NCBI GenBank assembly: GCA_965247925.1
Contig: CBDFIB010000004.1
Span: 1,051,430-1,115,429, forward strand
Length of the DNA: 64,000 bases
Direction: 5' to 3'
From: Dehalococcoidia bacterium
Lineage (GTDB): Bacteria; Chloroflexota; Dehalococcoidia; UBA2979
Positions within the stretch are counted from its first letter, which is position 1; each line of letters starts with the position of its first letter. The translations under genes were made by a program, and so were the position numbers. Shown one piece after another: positions 46,572 through 56,931 of the stretch. The notes under the pieces were generated by a model. The model did no database searches. It worked only from the letters and a program-made list of their open reading frames with translations, and was not told the origin of the DNA.

Positions 46572-46696
46572 GATCGTGCTAGCATGCCGCCATCCCCGCA
46601 GCGCCTCAGGCCTGGACGGTCCCGACGCGGATGCGCGGGTTCGAGTTGCTGCGCGTGGCGGTTCCGCTGCCGCGAAGACCGAATAGGAGAGATCAC

Positions 46697-48607
46697 ATGG
46701 CAGACGAGCGTTCGGAGCTAGGGTTCGGAAGGGCTGCCGGGGCGGCACTCGGCGCTACCAGACTCAACCGCCGCGGACTGCTGCGCGCGGGCTTGCTCGG
46801 CATGTCCGGGCTCGCTACCGCCGCGCTCATCGGCTGCGGCGATGATGACGACGACGCTGCGCCGACCGCGGCCGCGACCGCCACTACCGCGCCGGCCGCA
46901 GGCACTGCCACAGCGGCCGCGGGCACGGCCACGCCGGCCGCGGGCACGGCCACACCGGCCGCGGGCACGGCCACGCCGGCCGCACGCACAACCACGCCGA
47001 CGGCGACGCCAGCGGCACGCGCCCGGCCATCCTCCCCCGGCGAGCTCGACTTCGTCATGAACAACAGGGACCCCGGCGTGCCGCCCAAGTATGGAGGTGT
47101 CAGACACACGAGTGAGCGACGGCGCTTCCCATCGGTGGATCCCCGAGCAAACGCGGCGTCGGATGTCGCGCTATTTCACGGGCTGGTGAGTTCGAAGCTC
47201 CTTGAGCACGACGGATCCCCCGCAATCGGAGCCTTCGAGGACCCGATCGTCGGGGACATCGCTGAAAGCTGGGAGTCGTCGCCGGACGCGCTGGCGTTCA
47301 CCTTCCAGCTCAATCCGAAGGCACAATGGCACAACCGAGCCCCGGCGGACGGCCGCCAGGTGGTTGCCGAAGATGTGAAGTTCACCTACGAGCTGTGGAT
47401 GGCTGGGACTTTGACCGCGGGCCGGTTCGCCGCTGTCGATAGCGTGGAGGTGGTCGACGAGGGTACCGTCCGGATCACCCTCAAGGGCCCGACCCCTGAG
47501 CTGCTTGACACGTTCGCCTTCGAGCACCACCCCATCGTCAATCCCGAGTTCGTGGACGCGAGGGGCGGCGAGATCGGCGACGGCGCCGATTGGGTCGGCA
47601 GCGGGCCGTTCATACTGACGGGCTGGGAACCCGGTGTGCTGGTCGAGTTCGAGCGCAACCCCAACTACCACGGTGTGGACGAGTTCGGCAACCAGCTGCC
47701 GTACGTTGACAGTATGCAGCGGATCACGATCCGAGAGCGGGCTGCCCAGATCGCCGCGTTTGTGGCAGGCGAACTCGAACAAGTGGGTATCCCGATCGAA
47801 AACTTCGACGATTGGGCCAGCCGCGACGACGTCAAGCTGGGTCGTAGCAGCGTCGCGGCCGGGCAGCTCCTCCTCACCCCCAACATGCGCGAGGAACCGT
47901 TCGACGATCTGCGGGTCCGCAGGGCTATTTCGATGTCGATCGATCGGCTTGCCGTGTGGCGGGACATCACTTCGGAGCTCGCCGGCCGCTCTGGCCCGAT
48001 TCCGCCGCTTGCGCTCGGCCGGGCGACGCTGCCGAGCTGGGACGACCTCCCGCCCAACTACCAGTTCAACCCCGCGGAGGCGAAGAAGCTTCTGGACGCC
48101 GCGGGGCTTGCGGACGGGCTGGACCTTGGCCCGCTGTCCTACTGGTCGATTACCCCGGAGTACAACAACTCGGTGCTCGTCTTCGCTCAGCAGTTGCAGG
48201 ACGCGGGTTTCAGCGTGACTCCCAATCTGATCGAGCGTACGCCATTCCTCGAGCAACGCACGACGGGGACCTGGGAGGGTCTCCAGTACCAGACTCAGTC
48301 CACCCCCGGCGGCACCATGCAGGCTTGGGCGGAGTGGATGCATAGCGAGGGCGGCAGCAACTTCTGGGGGATCGCCAACCCGGACGTGGATCAGGCGGTC
48401 GAACAGCTCCGGGTCACGCTCGACCCGAACGAGCGTCAAGAGCTATTCCAGCGGCTGGAGGAGCTGGAGTACGAGAATGTCTTCCGCGCGTATACGAACG
48501 GGCTGACAAGCGTCAACGCCAGTAAGTCTAACCTGATGAACGCATACGGAAGCGGGTTCCTCTTCTTCAAGAGTTACACCCACAAGTATGAGTGGTTCGA
48601 CAACTGA
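46697..48607 (+). CDS. ABC transporter substrate-binding lipoprotein, family 5 (peptide/nickel type), with Tat-like signal and Thr/Ala/Pro linker
   Basis: ATG after AGGAGAG; RRGLLRAGLLGMSGLATAALIGC signal/lipobox; long family-5 SBP body. Confidence 0.85.
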   Translation: MADERSELGFGRAAGAALGATRLNRRGLLRAGLLGMSGLATAALIGCGDDDDDAAPTAAATATTAPAAGTATAAAGTATPAAGTATPAAGTATPAARTTTPTATPAARARPSSPGELDFVMNNRDPGVPPKYGGVRHTSERRRFPSVDPRANAASDVALFHGLVSSKLLEHDGSPAIGAFEDPIVGDIAESWESSPDALAFTFQLNPKAQWHNRAPADGRQVVAEDVKFTYELWMAGTLTAGRFAAVDSVEVVDEGTVRITLKGPTPELLDTFAFEHHPIVNPEFVDARGGEIGDGADWVGSGPFILTGWEPGVLVEFERNPNYHGVDEFGNQLPYVDSMQRITIRERAAQIAAFVAGELEQVGIPIENFDDWASRDDVKLGRSSVAAGQLLLTPNMREEPFDDLRVRRAISMSIDRLAVWRDITSELAGRSGPIPPLALGRATLPSWDDLPPNYQFNPAEAKKLLDAAGLADGLDLGPLSYWSITPEYNNSVLVFAQQLQDAGFSVTPNLIERTPFLEQRTTGTWEGLQYQTQSTPGGTMQAWAEWMHSEGGSNFWGIANPDVDQAVEQLRVTLDPNERQELFQRLEELEYENVFRAYTNGLTSVNASKSNLMNAYGSGFLFFKSYTHKYEWFDN

Positions 48608-48727
48608 TCTGACTCGGCGCCGCCGTCCTGGAGCGCCCTCGCCGATTCGGGAATGGAGCCCGGGTTCCGGTGTTGGGCGCGGCGCCGGAATTCGGGGACT
48701 GATCTGGAGGGGAGTTGAAACCGGGGA

Positions 48728-49684
48728 ATGCTCCTCTATCTCGTACGCAGGGCGTTGTTCTCGATTCCCGTCCTCATCGGCGTCTCGATTGCCATTTTCA
48801 TCCTGCTCAGGGTCATTCCCGGTGATCCCGTCCTTGCGGCAACCGGCAGTGAGGACGGTCTAGCGCTTTCAGCTGCGCAGATGGAGTCGCTACGTGCGGA
48901 CCTCGGTCTCGACGAGCCCCTGCACGGACAATATCTTATTTGGATAAGGGACTTCATCCGTGGTGAAGGCGGGGAGTCGCTAATCAGTCACAATCCCACG
49001 ATGGACAATGTGTTCAAGGCGCTCCCCGTGACGATCGAGATCACGCTGACGGTCATGGTCCTGGGGATCATCATAGCAATCCCTATAGGGGTGCTCTCAG
49101 CAGTGAAGGAGAACTCCTGGTTCGACTACAGCGCGCGTAGTGTGTCCGTGCTTGGATTGGCAATCCCTGACTTCTGGATCGGGACGATGCTCCTGATCTA
49201 CCTCGCGGTGTGGTTTCAGTGGACGGTGCCGCTGGGATTCGAACATCTGTGGGAGAACCCGATAAAGAACCTGCAGCAGATCGGCCTCGCTGTCGCGATT
49301 CTCACTCACGGCTTGGCGTCTACCACGGTGCGTTTCACGCGGTCAGGGATGCTAGACGTGCTCAACGAAGACTACGTACGCACCGCACGCGCAAAAGGGC
49401 TCAGGGAGCGCTCGGTCGTGATGCGGCACGCCCTTCGCAATGTGCTGATTCCGGTGCTGAGCGTGCTCGGCATTCGGACCGCATACCTGATGGGCGGGAC
49501 GGTGATCATGGAGACGCTGTTCAACCTGCCTGGACTGGGCCTGCTTACGGTGGACGCCGTACGGAACGCCGACTACACGCAAGTGCAAACGAACGTGATG
49601 ATATTCGCGATCATGACGGTGACCATCAACTTCGTGACCGACGCAGCCTACGCTGTCGTCGATCCCAGGATTCGGCTCGTCTGA
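48728..49684 (+). CDS. ABC transporter permease (DppB/OppB-like)
   Basis: 318 aa, 6 TM layout; EDYVRTARAKGL EAA-loop motif. Confidence 0.9.
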   Translation: MLLYLVRRALFSIPVLIGVSIAIFILLRVIPGDPVLAATGSEDGLALSAAQMESLRADLGLDEPLHGQYLIWIRDFIRGEGGESLISHNPTMDNVFKALPVTIEITLTVMVLGIIIAIPIGVLSAVKENSWFDYSARSVSVLGLAIPDFWIGTMLLIYLAVWFQWTVPLGFEHLWENPIKNLQQIGLAVAILTHGLASTTVRFTRSGMLDVLNEDYVRTARAKGLRERSVVMRHALRNVLIPVLSVLGIRTAYLMGGTVIMETLFNLPGLGLLTVDAVRNADYTQVQTNVMIFAIMTVTINFVTDAAYAVVDPRIRLV

Positions 49685-49685
49685 C

Positions 49686-50600
49686 GTGACAACCAGCACC
49701 GGCTCGCGCGCTGGGAGCAGCTCGGTCATCGGCCGCCAGGACGAGGCCCCCGTGCTCATGGGTCTCCGTCGGTTCGTGCGACGCGAGCCGGTGGGGTTCG
49801 CCTCACTCCTCCTCCTCGCGGCCATGGTTGCGGGCGCCGCGATCGGACCGTACCTGCTGCCTTATGACCCGCTCAGAATCGATCTCTCGCAGAAATTCAT
49901 CTCCCCGGGGTTCGAAACATCCCACCTCCTCGGCACCGACCAACTGGGTCGGGATCTGCTCAGCCGGCTCGTCGTCGCGGGGCGTGTCTCGCTGGCGACG
50001 GCCCTCGGCGCGCTCGGGCTCGGCGTCATCGTCGCGAGCATGCTTGGGATGTTCGGCGGGTTCTTCACTCATTGGGCGAGCCAAGCCCTGCAGCGCGCGA
50101 TGGACGGGATGATGGCGCTGCCGCCGCTGATCCTCGCGCTAGCGATCGCCACGGGGCTCGGGAACGACGCGAAGAACATCGCGATCGCGATCGCGATCGT
50201 GATGCTGCCGCCTGTCTTCCGCGTGGTGCGGGGGGCTACGCTTGCCGTCCGCAACCTCGACTACGTGATAGCGGGCACCGCTCTGGGCGGAAGCAACCTT
50301 CACATCATCACGCGGCACATCGTGCCCAACATCTTTGGGACGATCGTCACGATCGCTTCGATCTGGGTCGGCGCGGTCATTCTGATCGAGGCCTCACTTG
50401 GGTTCTTGGGCATCGGCGTGCAGCCACCGAATCCGACCTGGGGGAACATGCTCTCCGGGGAGGGCCGAACGTACATGACCAGCGCGCCTTGGATCGCACT
50501 CATGCCCGGGATCGCGATCACGATCACGGTCTTCGCCGCGAATATGCTCGGGGACTCGCTGCGCGCGTTCTTCGATCCGAAGTCGAGGCGCGAAAGGTGA
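49686..50600 (+). CDS. ABC transporter permease (DppC/OppC-like)
   Basis: 304 aa; LGTDQLGRDLLSRL N-terminal motif; follows the first permease by 1 nt. Confidence 0.9.
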   Translation: MTTSTGSRAGSSSVIGRQDEAPVLMGLRRFVRREPVGFASLLLLAAMVAGAAIGPYLLPYDPLRIDLSQKFISPGFETSHLLGTDQLGRDLLSRLVVAGRVSLATALGALGLGVIVASMLGMFGGFFTHWASQALQRAMDGMMALPPLILALAIATGLGNDAKNIAIAIAIVMLPPVFRVVRGATLAVRNLDYVIAGTALGGSNLHIITRHIVPNIFGTIVTIASIWVGAVILIEASLGFLGIGVQPPNPTWGNMLSGEGRTYMTSAPWIALMPGIAITITVFAANMLGDSLRAFFDPKSRRER

Positions 50601-50706
50601 GTAGCATCGGGTGTGCGGCGTAGGCCCCGCAGAGAGCGCCCCGATCTCCGGTGAGCAGATCCAAGAATGATATGCTCCGGAGAGGGTCTGAAGAGGAGGA
50701 TCGGCT

Positions 50707-51909
50707 ATGGCTCGACCGCTGGATGGCGTGCGTATTCTCGACTTCACCTGGGCGCTCGCCGGTCCGTATGGGTCCATGATTCTCTGTGACCTCGGTGCTG
50801 AAGTGTTCAAGATCGAACCGGTCGGGACTGAAGCGCGGACCCGTGGCCCGGGCCCGCACCTCAACGGCGTCGACCTTTACTATTTCAGCATCAACCGAGG
50901 CAAGAAGAGTCTGAGTATCGATCTGAAGTCAGAACCTGGACGTGAGCTTGTCTACAGGCTTGTGAAGCAGGTGGACGTGGTCCTGGAGAATTTTACTCCA
51001 GGCACTATGGAACGCCTCGGCTTCGGTTACCACAAGCTTGCTGAGATCAACCCTTCGATCATATACGGCTCAACCTCTGGCTTCGGGCAGACCGGACCGT
51101 ATTCCCGTCGCGGCGCCGTGGACGTGATCGTGCAGGGCATGAGTGGCGTGATGAGCATAACCGGCCACAAGGACCAACCCCCGGCGAGGCCCGGTTATTC
51201 GATTGGAGATATGGCGGGCGGAATGTTCACGGCGATCGGGATCCTCGGTGCTGCCTTGGAGCGAGAGCGGTCGGGGCGCGGGCAATGGGTCGACGTGAGC
51301 ATGCTCGATAGCCAAATCGCCTTGCTCGAGAACGCGGTCGTCCGCCATTTGGCGACGGGGGAGCTGCCCCAGCCCAACGGGACACGTCATCCGCTCGTGT
51401 CTCCATTCCAGGCGTTTCCGACGAAGGACGGCTTCTTCGTTCTGGCCGGTACGAAGAACTGGGAGCTCTTCTGCGCGAGGATCAACCAGGATGACCTCAT
51501 CTTCGACGAGCGCTTCAAGACGGGTGAGCTACGCGTGAAACATCAGGAGGAGCTCGAAGAACTCCTAAACGAAACGTTTCGTCAGCGGACCACGAGCGAG
51601 TGGCTAAACGAACTCGAGGAAGTGTGCCTCGTTGCGCCTCTCAACACTATTGCCGATGTGGTACAGGATCCACAAGTGCAGGCGCGAGAGATGATCGTTC
51701 CTTTGCCCCATCCACGGGGAGGCGAGATCTCCGTGTCGAATAGTCCGATCAAGTACTCCCGGACGCCCCTTCGCGTCGATCGTAGAGCGCCCGAACCAAG
51801 CGAACATACCGCTGAGATATTACAGGCTGTTCTCGGCCTATCAAACAAGGAAATTGATGGCTTCGCTGCGGAGGGCGTTATTGCGGTAGCGTCGCCGGAG
51901 GAACGCTAG
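50707..51909 (+). CDS. family III CoA-transferase
   Basis: PLDGVRILDFTWALAGPYGSMILCDLGAEVFKIEP. Confidence 0.9.
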   Translation: MARPLDGVRILDFTWALAGPYGSMILCDLGAEVFKIEPVGTEARTRGPGPHLNGVDLYYFSINRGKKSLSIDLKSEPGRELVYRLVKQVDVVLENFTPGTMERLGFGYHKLAEINPSIIYGSTSGFGQTGPYSRRGAVDVIVQGMSGVMSITGHKDQPPARPGYSIGDMAGGMFTAIGILGAALERERSGRGQWVDVSMLDSQIALLENAVVRHLATGELPQPNGTRHPLVSPFQAFPTKDGFFVLAGTKNWELFCARINQDDLIFDERFKTGELRVKHQEELEELLNETFRQRTTSEWLNELEEVCLVAPLNTIADVVQDPQVQAREMIVPLPHPRGGEISVSNSPIKYSRTPLRVDRRAPEPSEHTAEILQAVLGLSNKEIDGFAAEGVIAVASPEER

Positions 51910-52368
51910 CAGTAGTCACATCGGACTCTGGAGTTGCCGCGGATGGGTAGATAGCCTGCTTCTAGGCTGCAACGGTCGCTCTGAGCCTCCTCTCCCACTC
52001 TGCGGGGCTCAGCTAGTCGAAGGCGGCCAGCGTCGACCCCAAGACGCCGCACCCTCGTCCGCGGCGTGCCGGGCGGCATCCCGAATTACGAGGCGATAGA
52101 GGTGATCGCTGCCCACCGTGACGGGCGCCGGCATCGAGCTCGCGCAGCCCCTCCCGCTCCTCGCTCGTCAGGCCGGGCCGGGCGCCTGACCGGGGTCGAG
52201 CGCCCGCGCGCCGGCTGCTCGCTGCGATGAGCCGCCGTCGTGTACGCGCCCGGATCGCCACGCGAGGGGCGAAGGACGTTCTCAATGCGCGGCTATTCAC
52301 GACCCGGCAGCAGTACGCCGTCTCCGCCGGGAGACTATGCGTGGGCGCACCTCCGAGAGGAGGCGGGA

Positions 52369-53631
52369 ATGACGGCAGACACCTGGGCGCAGGAGTCACC
52401 GCGCGCCGCGCTCGCCGGCCTGCAGCTGACCGAACTGGCGAGCGGCGGCGCGGGCGCGTATTGCGGGCGGCTGTTCGCGCTGTTCGGCGCCGAGATCGTC
52501 CGGATCGAGCCAGCGGATGGAGACGGCGTCCGCCTCGCGGAGCCCTTCCCGGGCGACGACGGCGACCCGAACCACGGTGCGCAGCACGCCTTCCTCAACG
52601 CCGGGAAGCGCAGCGTGGCGCTGGATGCGTCCGGCGGGCGCGACACCCGTTGGGCCGAGCGCCGGATCCAGGAGAGCGACGTGCTCCTCTCCAACTGGCG
52701 CGCTCTGTCGTGGCTGCCGCTGGCGGAGCCGGAGCGGATCGCGGAGCGGTTCCCCGGCACGTTGTACGTGGCCGTCAGCCCCTTCGGCATGACGGGCCCG
52801 TACGCGCACTACCGCGCGGACGGTCACGTCCTCGAGGCGCTCGCAGGGATGTCCTACATCAGCGGGGATCCCGACCGTGAACCGCTCAGCCTCAGGGTGG
52901 ACCTCGCCGACTACACGGCGGGCGTCTCGGCGTTCACGGCGGCGCTTGCGGCGCTTGCCGACCAGCGCGAGGGCGCAGCCCACGGCCACATCGACGTCTC
53001 GGCGTTCGAGTCGCTGGCGATCGACGATGACTACAGCCTGGCGATGTACATCGCGGCGGGCACCGTACGCCGGCGCCACTACTCGAGCGTCATCCTCTCC
53101 TACCCGTCGGACATCATGGAGTGCGCCGATGGATACGTGACGTTCGTCCCGCGCTTCACCGCGGACCCGGCGACCGCGCTGGCGGCGCTCATCGAGCGGC
53201 CGGAACTTGCTGCCGATCCCCTGTTCGCGGATCAGCGGGAGCGGGTGGCGCGCTGGCGGGAGTTCGAGGCGTTGCTCGGACCCTGGCTCAAGGCGCGTAG
53301 CGTCGGCGAGGTGCTGCGGCGCTCCCGGGCGCTGGGGATCGAGATCCTGCCCGCCCCCTCGATCGCGGACCTGCTTGCGGACGAGCATCTCCGCGGGCGC
53401 AACTTCTTTGGCGCGTCAGCGGACGGGCAGCTCGCGGCCGGTCCGCCCGTGCGCATGTCGGCCACGCCACTGCGCGTGGCGTCGGCATCAGCGCCGGGCG
53501 CGGACGACGATCTCGACTCCGCTCCCGGAGGCCGCCGGGCGGCCGGCGGAGAGCCGGAAGGCGGCGCTCCGAGCCCGGCGGCCTCCGGCGGATGCCGTTC
53601 TTCCAGCGCCTCCGGGTCGTCGATCTCCTGA
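52369..53631 (+). CDS. family III CoA-transferase (divergent; odd Gly/Ser/Ala-rich C-terminal tail)
   Basis: ATG after GAGAGGAGG; LAGLQLTELASGGAGAYCGRLFALFGAEIVRIEP. A stub RLRVVDLLT of a further paralogue follows in another frame near 53600. Confidence 0.75.
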   Translation: MTADTWAQESPRAALAGLQLTELASGGAGAYCGRLFALFGAEIVRIEPADGDGVRLAEPFPGDDGDPNHGAQHAFLNAGKRSVALDASGGRDTRWAERRIQESDVLLSNWRALSWLPLAEPERIAERFPGTLYVAVSPFGMTGPYAHYRADGHVLEALAGMSYISGDPDREPLSLRVDLADYTAGVSAFTAALAALADQREGAAHGHIDVSAFESLAIDDDYSLAMYIAAGTVRRRHYSSVILSYPSDIMECADGYVTFVPRFTADPATALAALIERPELAADPLFADQRERVARWREFEALLGPWLKARSVGEVLRRSRALGIEILPAPSIADLLADEHLRGRNFFGASADGQLAAGPPVRMSATPLRVASASAPGADDDLDSAPGGRRAAGGEPEGGAPSPAASGGCRSSSASGSSIS

Positions 53632-54277
53632 CACGTGAAGGTGTCCTCTGAGCAAGTCCCGGCGCGCCCCACCGCACCCTCGCTCAGCAGGGTGCCCGAG
53701 CGGCCGTCGCTGCTCGAGCGCGACATAACCGCGAGGGGCGGGTGGGCAGCGATCCCGGGCAGCGCCGCAGAGGCGCCGCCCAGCGTCCTGAGCTGGCGTC
53801 GCAGCGGGAAGCGGCCGAGCGCCCCTCCATCGCACTCGAGTCCGCTAGCGTGGTGCGCCGCTGCGCCGCGCCGCGCTGCGACGCCAGCTCGCCTCGCGCG
53901 GCGCAGGCTGGGCGTGGCGGCCGACCCGGCTGGGCCGCGCCGGCGTGCGTCTCTTCGGCGCGCTTCGCCCTATCTTGTTATGTCTGTGGCGCGAGCCTGG
54001 CCAATATCGTGAGCCTCGTCGGGCGGAGGGAACCGACCGCCGCCACCGCGTGACGCTCGGTCCGCCTTCAGGCGGACCCGGTCTCCAGGCTATGCTGGCG
54101 CTGTCTGTTCTGGGAAAAGTGGGTCGGCTAAAGGCGGCCAACCGCGCTGACGGGGCGCCGGCGTGCGCCTGCCCGTCGCGCTTCGCCCCTCCGCCTCACG
54201 GAATCGCGCGATGCTGAATGTTGTGTGCGTGGGCGGGGCGCTCGCCGAGTGTGCACGAATTCGAGACTTCACTGTTC

Positions 54278-54730
54278 TTACCAGGCCCACCGCAGCAGAA
54301 CGCCCGTCGTTACCCCTACGAACACCACACACCAGAGGCGCCAGGCGACAACCAGCGCAAGCCTGCTGAACCGCCGCTCCCCGCTCAACAACGCCTCACC
54401 TCCACCCAGGATGGTCACCGCGCCGGCCGGTAGCGCCGGCACCGCGAGTATCGCCAACCCGGCATGCCACCAGTCCGGCAGCGCACGCAGCACCAGGGCC
54501 CACACGCCGCTGCCGATCACCACCAGTGCGGTTGCCGTGATCACCTCAACCAGCGTGAACGTTTCCAGTCCACGCCGATCTGTACGCCCCGACCGGCCCC
54601 GGCACGGTTGTTCCATTACACGCCCTCCGCCGTAGCCGGGCCCAGGCGCCCCGCAGCGCCTCGCTGTCCGGGAGGCCGGGGCGACCCGCGACCAGCGTAG
54701 CACTCGTCGTGGCTCGCTCCGCGCCGACAT
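54278..54730 (-). CDS. hypothetical membrane protein (150 aa) whose first 9 codons lie in module copy 3
   Basis: MSARSEPRR shared with 34689..34991, then unrelated sequence with about 4 hydrophobic helices. Confidence 0.4.
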   Translation of the reverse strand: MSARSEPRRVLRWSRVAPASRTARRCGAPGPGYGGGRVMEQPCRGRSGRTDRRGLETFTLVEVITATALVVIGSGVWALVLRALPDWWHAGLAILAVPALPAGAVTILGGGEALLSGERRFSRLALVVAWRLWCVVFVGVTTGVLLRWAW

Positions 54731-55438
54731 GATGGCTCGGCGCTCAGCTGATTGCCGGGCGCGAGAACCGTGAACGATCTTCACCTCGCCAGTGTAGAAC
54801 ACTGACACGCCTTCGGTGCCGCCCGCTGCCCGTCGCGACGCGTGCGGCCGCGACACCAGGCCTCCGGTGAGGCGCGATACGAGTCTGCCGGCCTCCAGGC
54901 TTGCGGTCCCTGTACTGAGGCCCATACAGAGGCAGTAGGTCCTCCGGCCTATGACCGGCACGGTTGCCACGGGATGCCGATCGTCGCACCACCTCGGGTG
55001 GGCGCTGCCATGCTGCTGCTGGTCGTGGGCGCACTCTGGGCGGCACTCCTCCTCGTCACGTGCGCCTTCGTGCTGTATTGGGTCGCCTTCGCGCGAACGA
55101 GACGCTACTGACCTTCAGTCCCCTCCCGCGGTCTCCGGCGCGGTCCAGATCCAGCGCTGATAGGTGTCCCGTTCGCCCGCGAACCTCACGTCCCAGCGTG
55201 TACCCGTCGAGCACTTCCTGCCTGGGGCCGCCGCGTTACCAGTCGCGCGCGTCCCTCGGGCCGCTTCCTCGTGACGGGATCCTCGTAGACTGTGACCAGC
55301 TCGCCTGCCTGCATCGCTCCTTCTCCTCGCGGCTGCGTACCTGACGCACGGCCCCGGCCGGCGCCGCGCGAGCGTCACGGGTGCTGCCTGCTTCTAGAGC
55401 AGCTGCCCCAATACGAGCGCCACGACACCCGCAGCAGC
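54703..55438 (-). repeat. Three-copy module, copy 3 (736 bp)
   Basis: Near-identical to 34964..35699. Confidence 0.9.
54974..55111 (+). CDS. 45-aa hydrophobic peptide, module copy 3
   Basis: Identical peptide to the other two copies. Confidence 0.4.
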   Translation: MPIVAPPRVGAAMLLLVVGALWAALLLVTCAFVLYWVAFARTRRY

Positions 55439-55594
55439 GTGCGGGGCTCGGCTCCCGGCGATCGCGACTGAGGAGACTCAGCCGAATCGGTGCGGCGTCG
55501 ATCAGATCTCGCATCGCCACCCCTCCTCCCGGCTGCCGGGAACCCCACCGCCGCTCGATCGGGCAGTGCGCTGGTAACATAGACCAGCTGTTCT

Positions 55595-56815
55595 GTGCGC
55601 GCCCGGCCTTCTCGCCGAGGCAAGCTCGGCCTGCGTCAGTCGCAACCGGCGGCGGCGCTTACGGCGTTGCGCTCCGTGACGCCGCGGCACGCCGATTCGA
55701 GCAAAGAGTCTCCGCCGCAGTCTTTTCCGAGAAGTGGCTTCGACAGGAATGCTTCGGCGATTGTCTCATTGCCGCAGCACGGCCGCCTCGTGCCCGAACG
55801 ACAGGCGAACGCCCGTTCGCTATACTTGGCTGCGGGAGCGGAGCGGGATCCGGTGATTACGCAGAAGACCTACCAGCAGCGAGGCTCCTGCCGCCGCAAC
55901 GGCTACGCGCGGCTGCGCGAGGGCGCGACGCCCGGCTACCCGCGGTTCAAGCCGCGCCGCCGCTACCGCTGCCTCGAGCTGGCAGAGGTGCGGCCCGGCA
56001 TGCTGCGCCCCAGCGCCGACGGGCGCCGCGCGCTCCTGCGCGTCAAGAGGCTCCCGGCGCTCGAGTTGAGGCTCCGGCGCGCGTTGCCGCCCAGGGAGCA
56101 ACTCAAGGGGCTGCGCATCTTCGTGCGCGGCGAGAAGCTCTACGTCGACCTCGTCTTCGCCGTCGAGGTCGAGGCGCTCCAGCCGAGCGGGCGCGCCGTC
56201 GGCATCGACCTCGGCGTGAACCAGCGGCTCGCGCTCAGCGGCGGCACGCTGATCGCGGGGCGGACGGCGGACCGCCGGCGCGAGCGGGGGCTGCGCCGGG
56301 CGCTGGCGCGCTCGCGGCGCGGCAGCCACACGCGGGCCAAGCGCCGCGCGGCGCTCGCGCGCGAGACGCAGCGCAACCGGCTGCGCACGTGCAACGCCAC
56401 GCACGAGCTGACGAGCGCGCTGGTCCGCCGCTATGGACGGATCGCCCACGAGGCGCTGCAGATCGGCAACATGACGCGCTCCGCGAGGGGGACCGTGGAG
56501 CAGCCGGGCAGCGGGGTGGCGGCGAAGCGCGCGCTCAACCGCCGCATCCTCGAGCAGAGCTCGGGTCTCGTCATCCAGCAGCTCACCTGCGAGGCAGCAT
56601 CGGCCGGCAGGGAGCTGGTGACCGTCGATCCGGCCTGCACCTCGCGGAGTTGCTCGGGCTGTGGGGCGCGTACGCCCCACCTGCAGTATCGGGTCCACTC
56701 CTGTCAGGACTGCGGGGCGGTGCTGGACCGCGACGTCAACGCCGCGCGCAACATCCTCGCACGCGCCTTCCCGGACGCGGCCGTGGCGTCCGCACCTTCG
56801 CAGGCGGCGCCGTGA
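55595..56815 (+). CDS. tnpB: TnpB-like RNA-guided nuclease family protein (IS605 OrfB / IS1341 type); N-terminal about 85 aa poorly conserved
   Basis: GYPRFKPRRRY; RuvC-I AVGIDLGVN, RuvC-II IAHEALQIGNM, zinc finger CTSRSCSGCG...CQDCG, RuvC-III DRDVNAARNI. No tnpA nearby. Confidence 0.75.
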   Translation: MRARPSRRGKLGLRQSQPAAALTALRSVTPRHADSSKESPPQSFPRSGFDRNASAIVSLPQHGRLVPERQANARSLYLAAGAERDPVITQKTYQQRGSCRRNGYARLREGATPGYPRFKPRRRYRCLELAEVRPGMLRPSADGRRALLRVKRLPALELRLRRALPPREQLKGLRIFVRGEKLYVDLVFAVEVEALQPSGRAVGIDLGVNQRLALSGGTLIAGRTADRRRERGLRRALARSRRGSHTRAKRRAALARETQRNRLRTCNATHELTSALVRRYGRIAHEALQIGNMTRSARGTVEQPGSGVAAKRALNRRILEQSSGLVIQQLTCEAASAGRELVTVDPACTSRSCSGCGARTPHLQYRVHSCQDCGAVLDRDVNAARNILARAFPDAAVASAPSQAAP

Positions 56816-56931
56816 TGCTGCCGAACACGAGCGGGGCCGGCGAGTTGCCCCGAAGCGCACAATCCCCTACGGGGACGCGCTCAGAATCGTCGCTTGACCC
56901 AGGCAGTCAGGTAGACAAGCGCCAGCTGCAG

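Noticed and set aside
46916-46978. 3 x 21-nt perfect or near-perfect tandem repeat
   Set aside because: It lies in frame inside the SBP gene and encodes a GTATPAA linker after the lipobox. It is best read as a coding low-complexity linker, not a regulatory repeat, though it may be length-variable.
52013-52399. Minus-strand ORF with LTSEEREGLRELDAG, resembling a CopG/RHH antitoxin or IS3 OrfA fragment
   Set aside because: It makes sense only after an assumed frameshift (..GG / SDHLYRLVIRDAARH..), and it is too short and ambiguous to assign.
54059-54078. Hairpin GGTCCGCC-TTCA-GGCGGACC
   Set aside because: It is an isolated GC hairpin with no T-tract, no adjacent gene end and no second copy in the window.
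53632-54277. Several 90-125-aa ORFs on both strands in a very GC-rich stretch
   Set aside because: No motifs, no RBS and mutually overlapping frames. This is probably decayed remains after the CoA-transferase stub, so it is left unannotated.
55595-56815. TnpB as a nuclease-dead TldR-like repressor
   Set aside because: All three RuvC acidic residues and the zinc-finger cysteines are present, so there is no sequence basis for calling it nuclease-dead.
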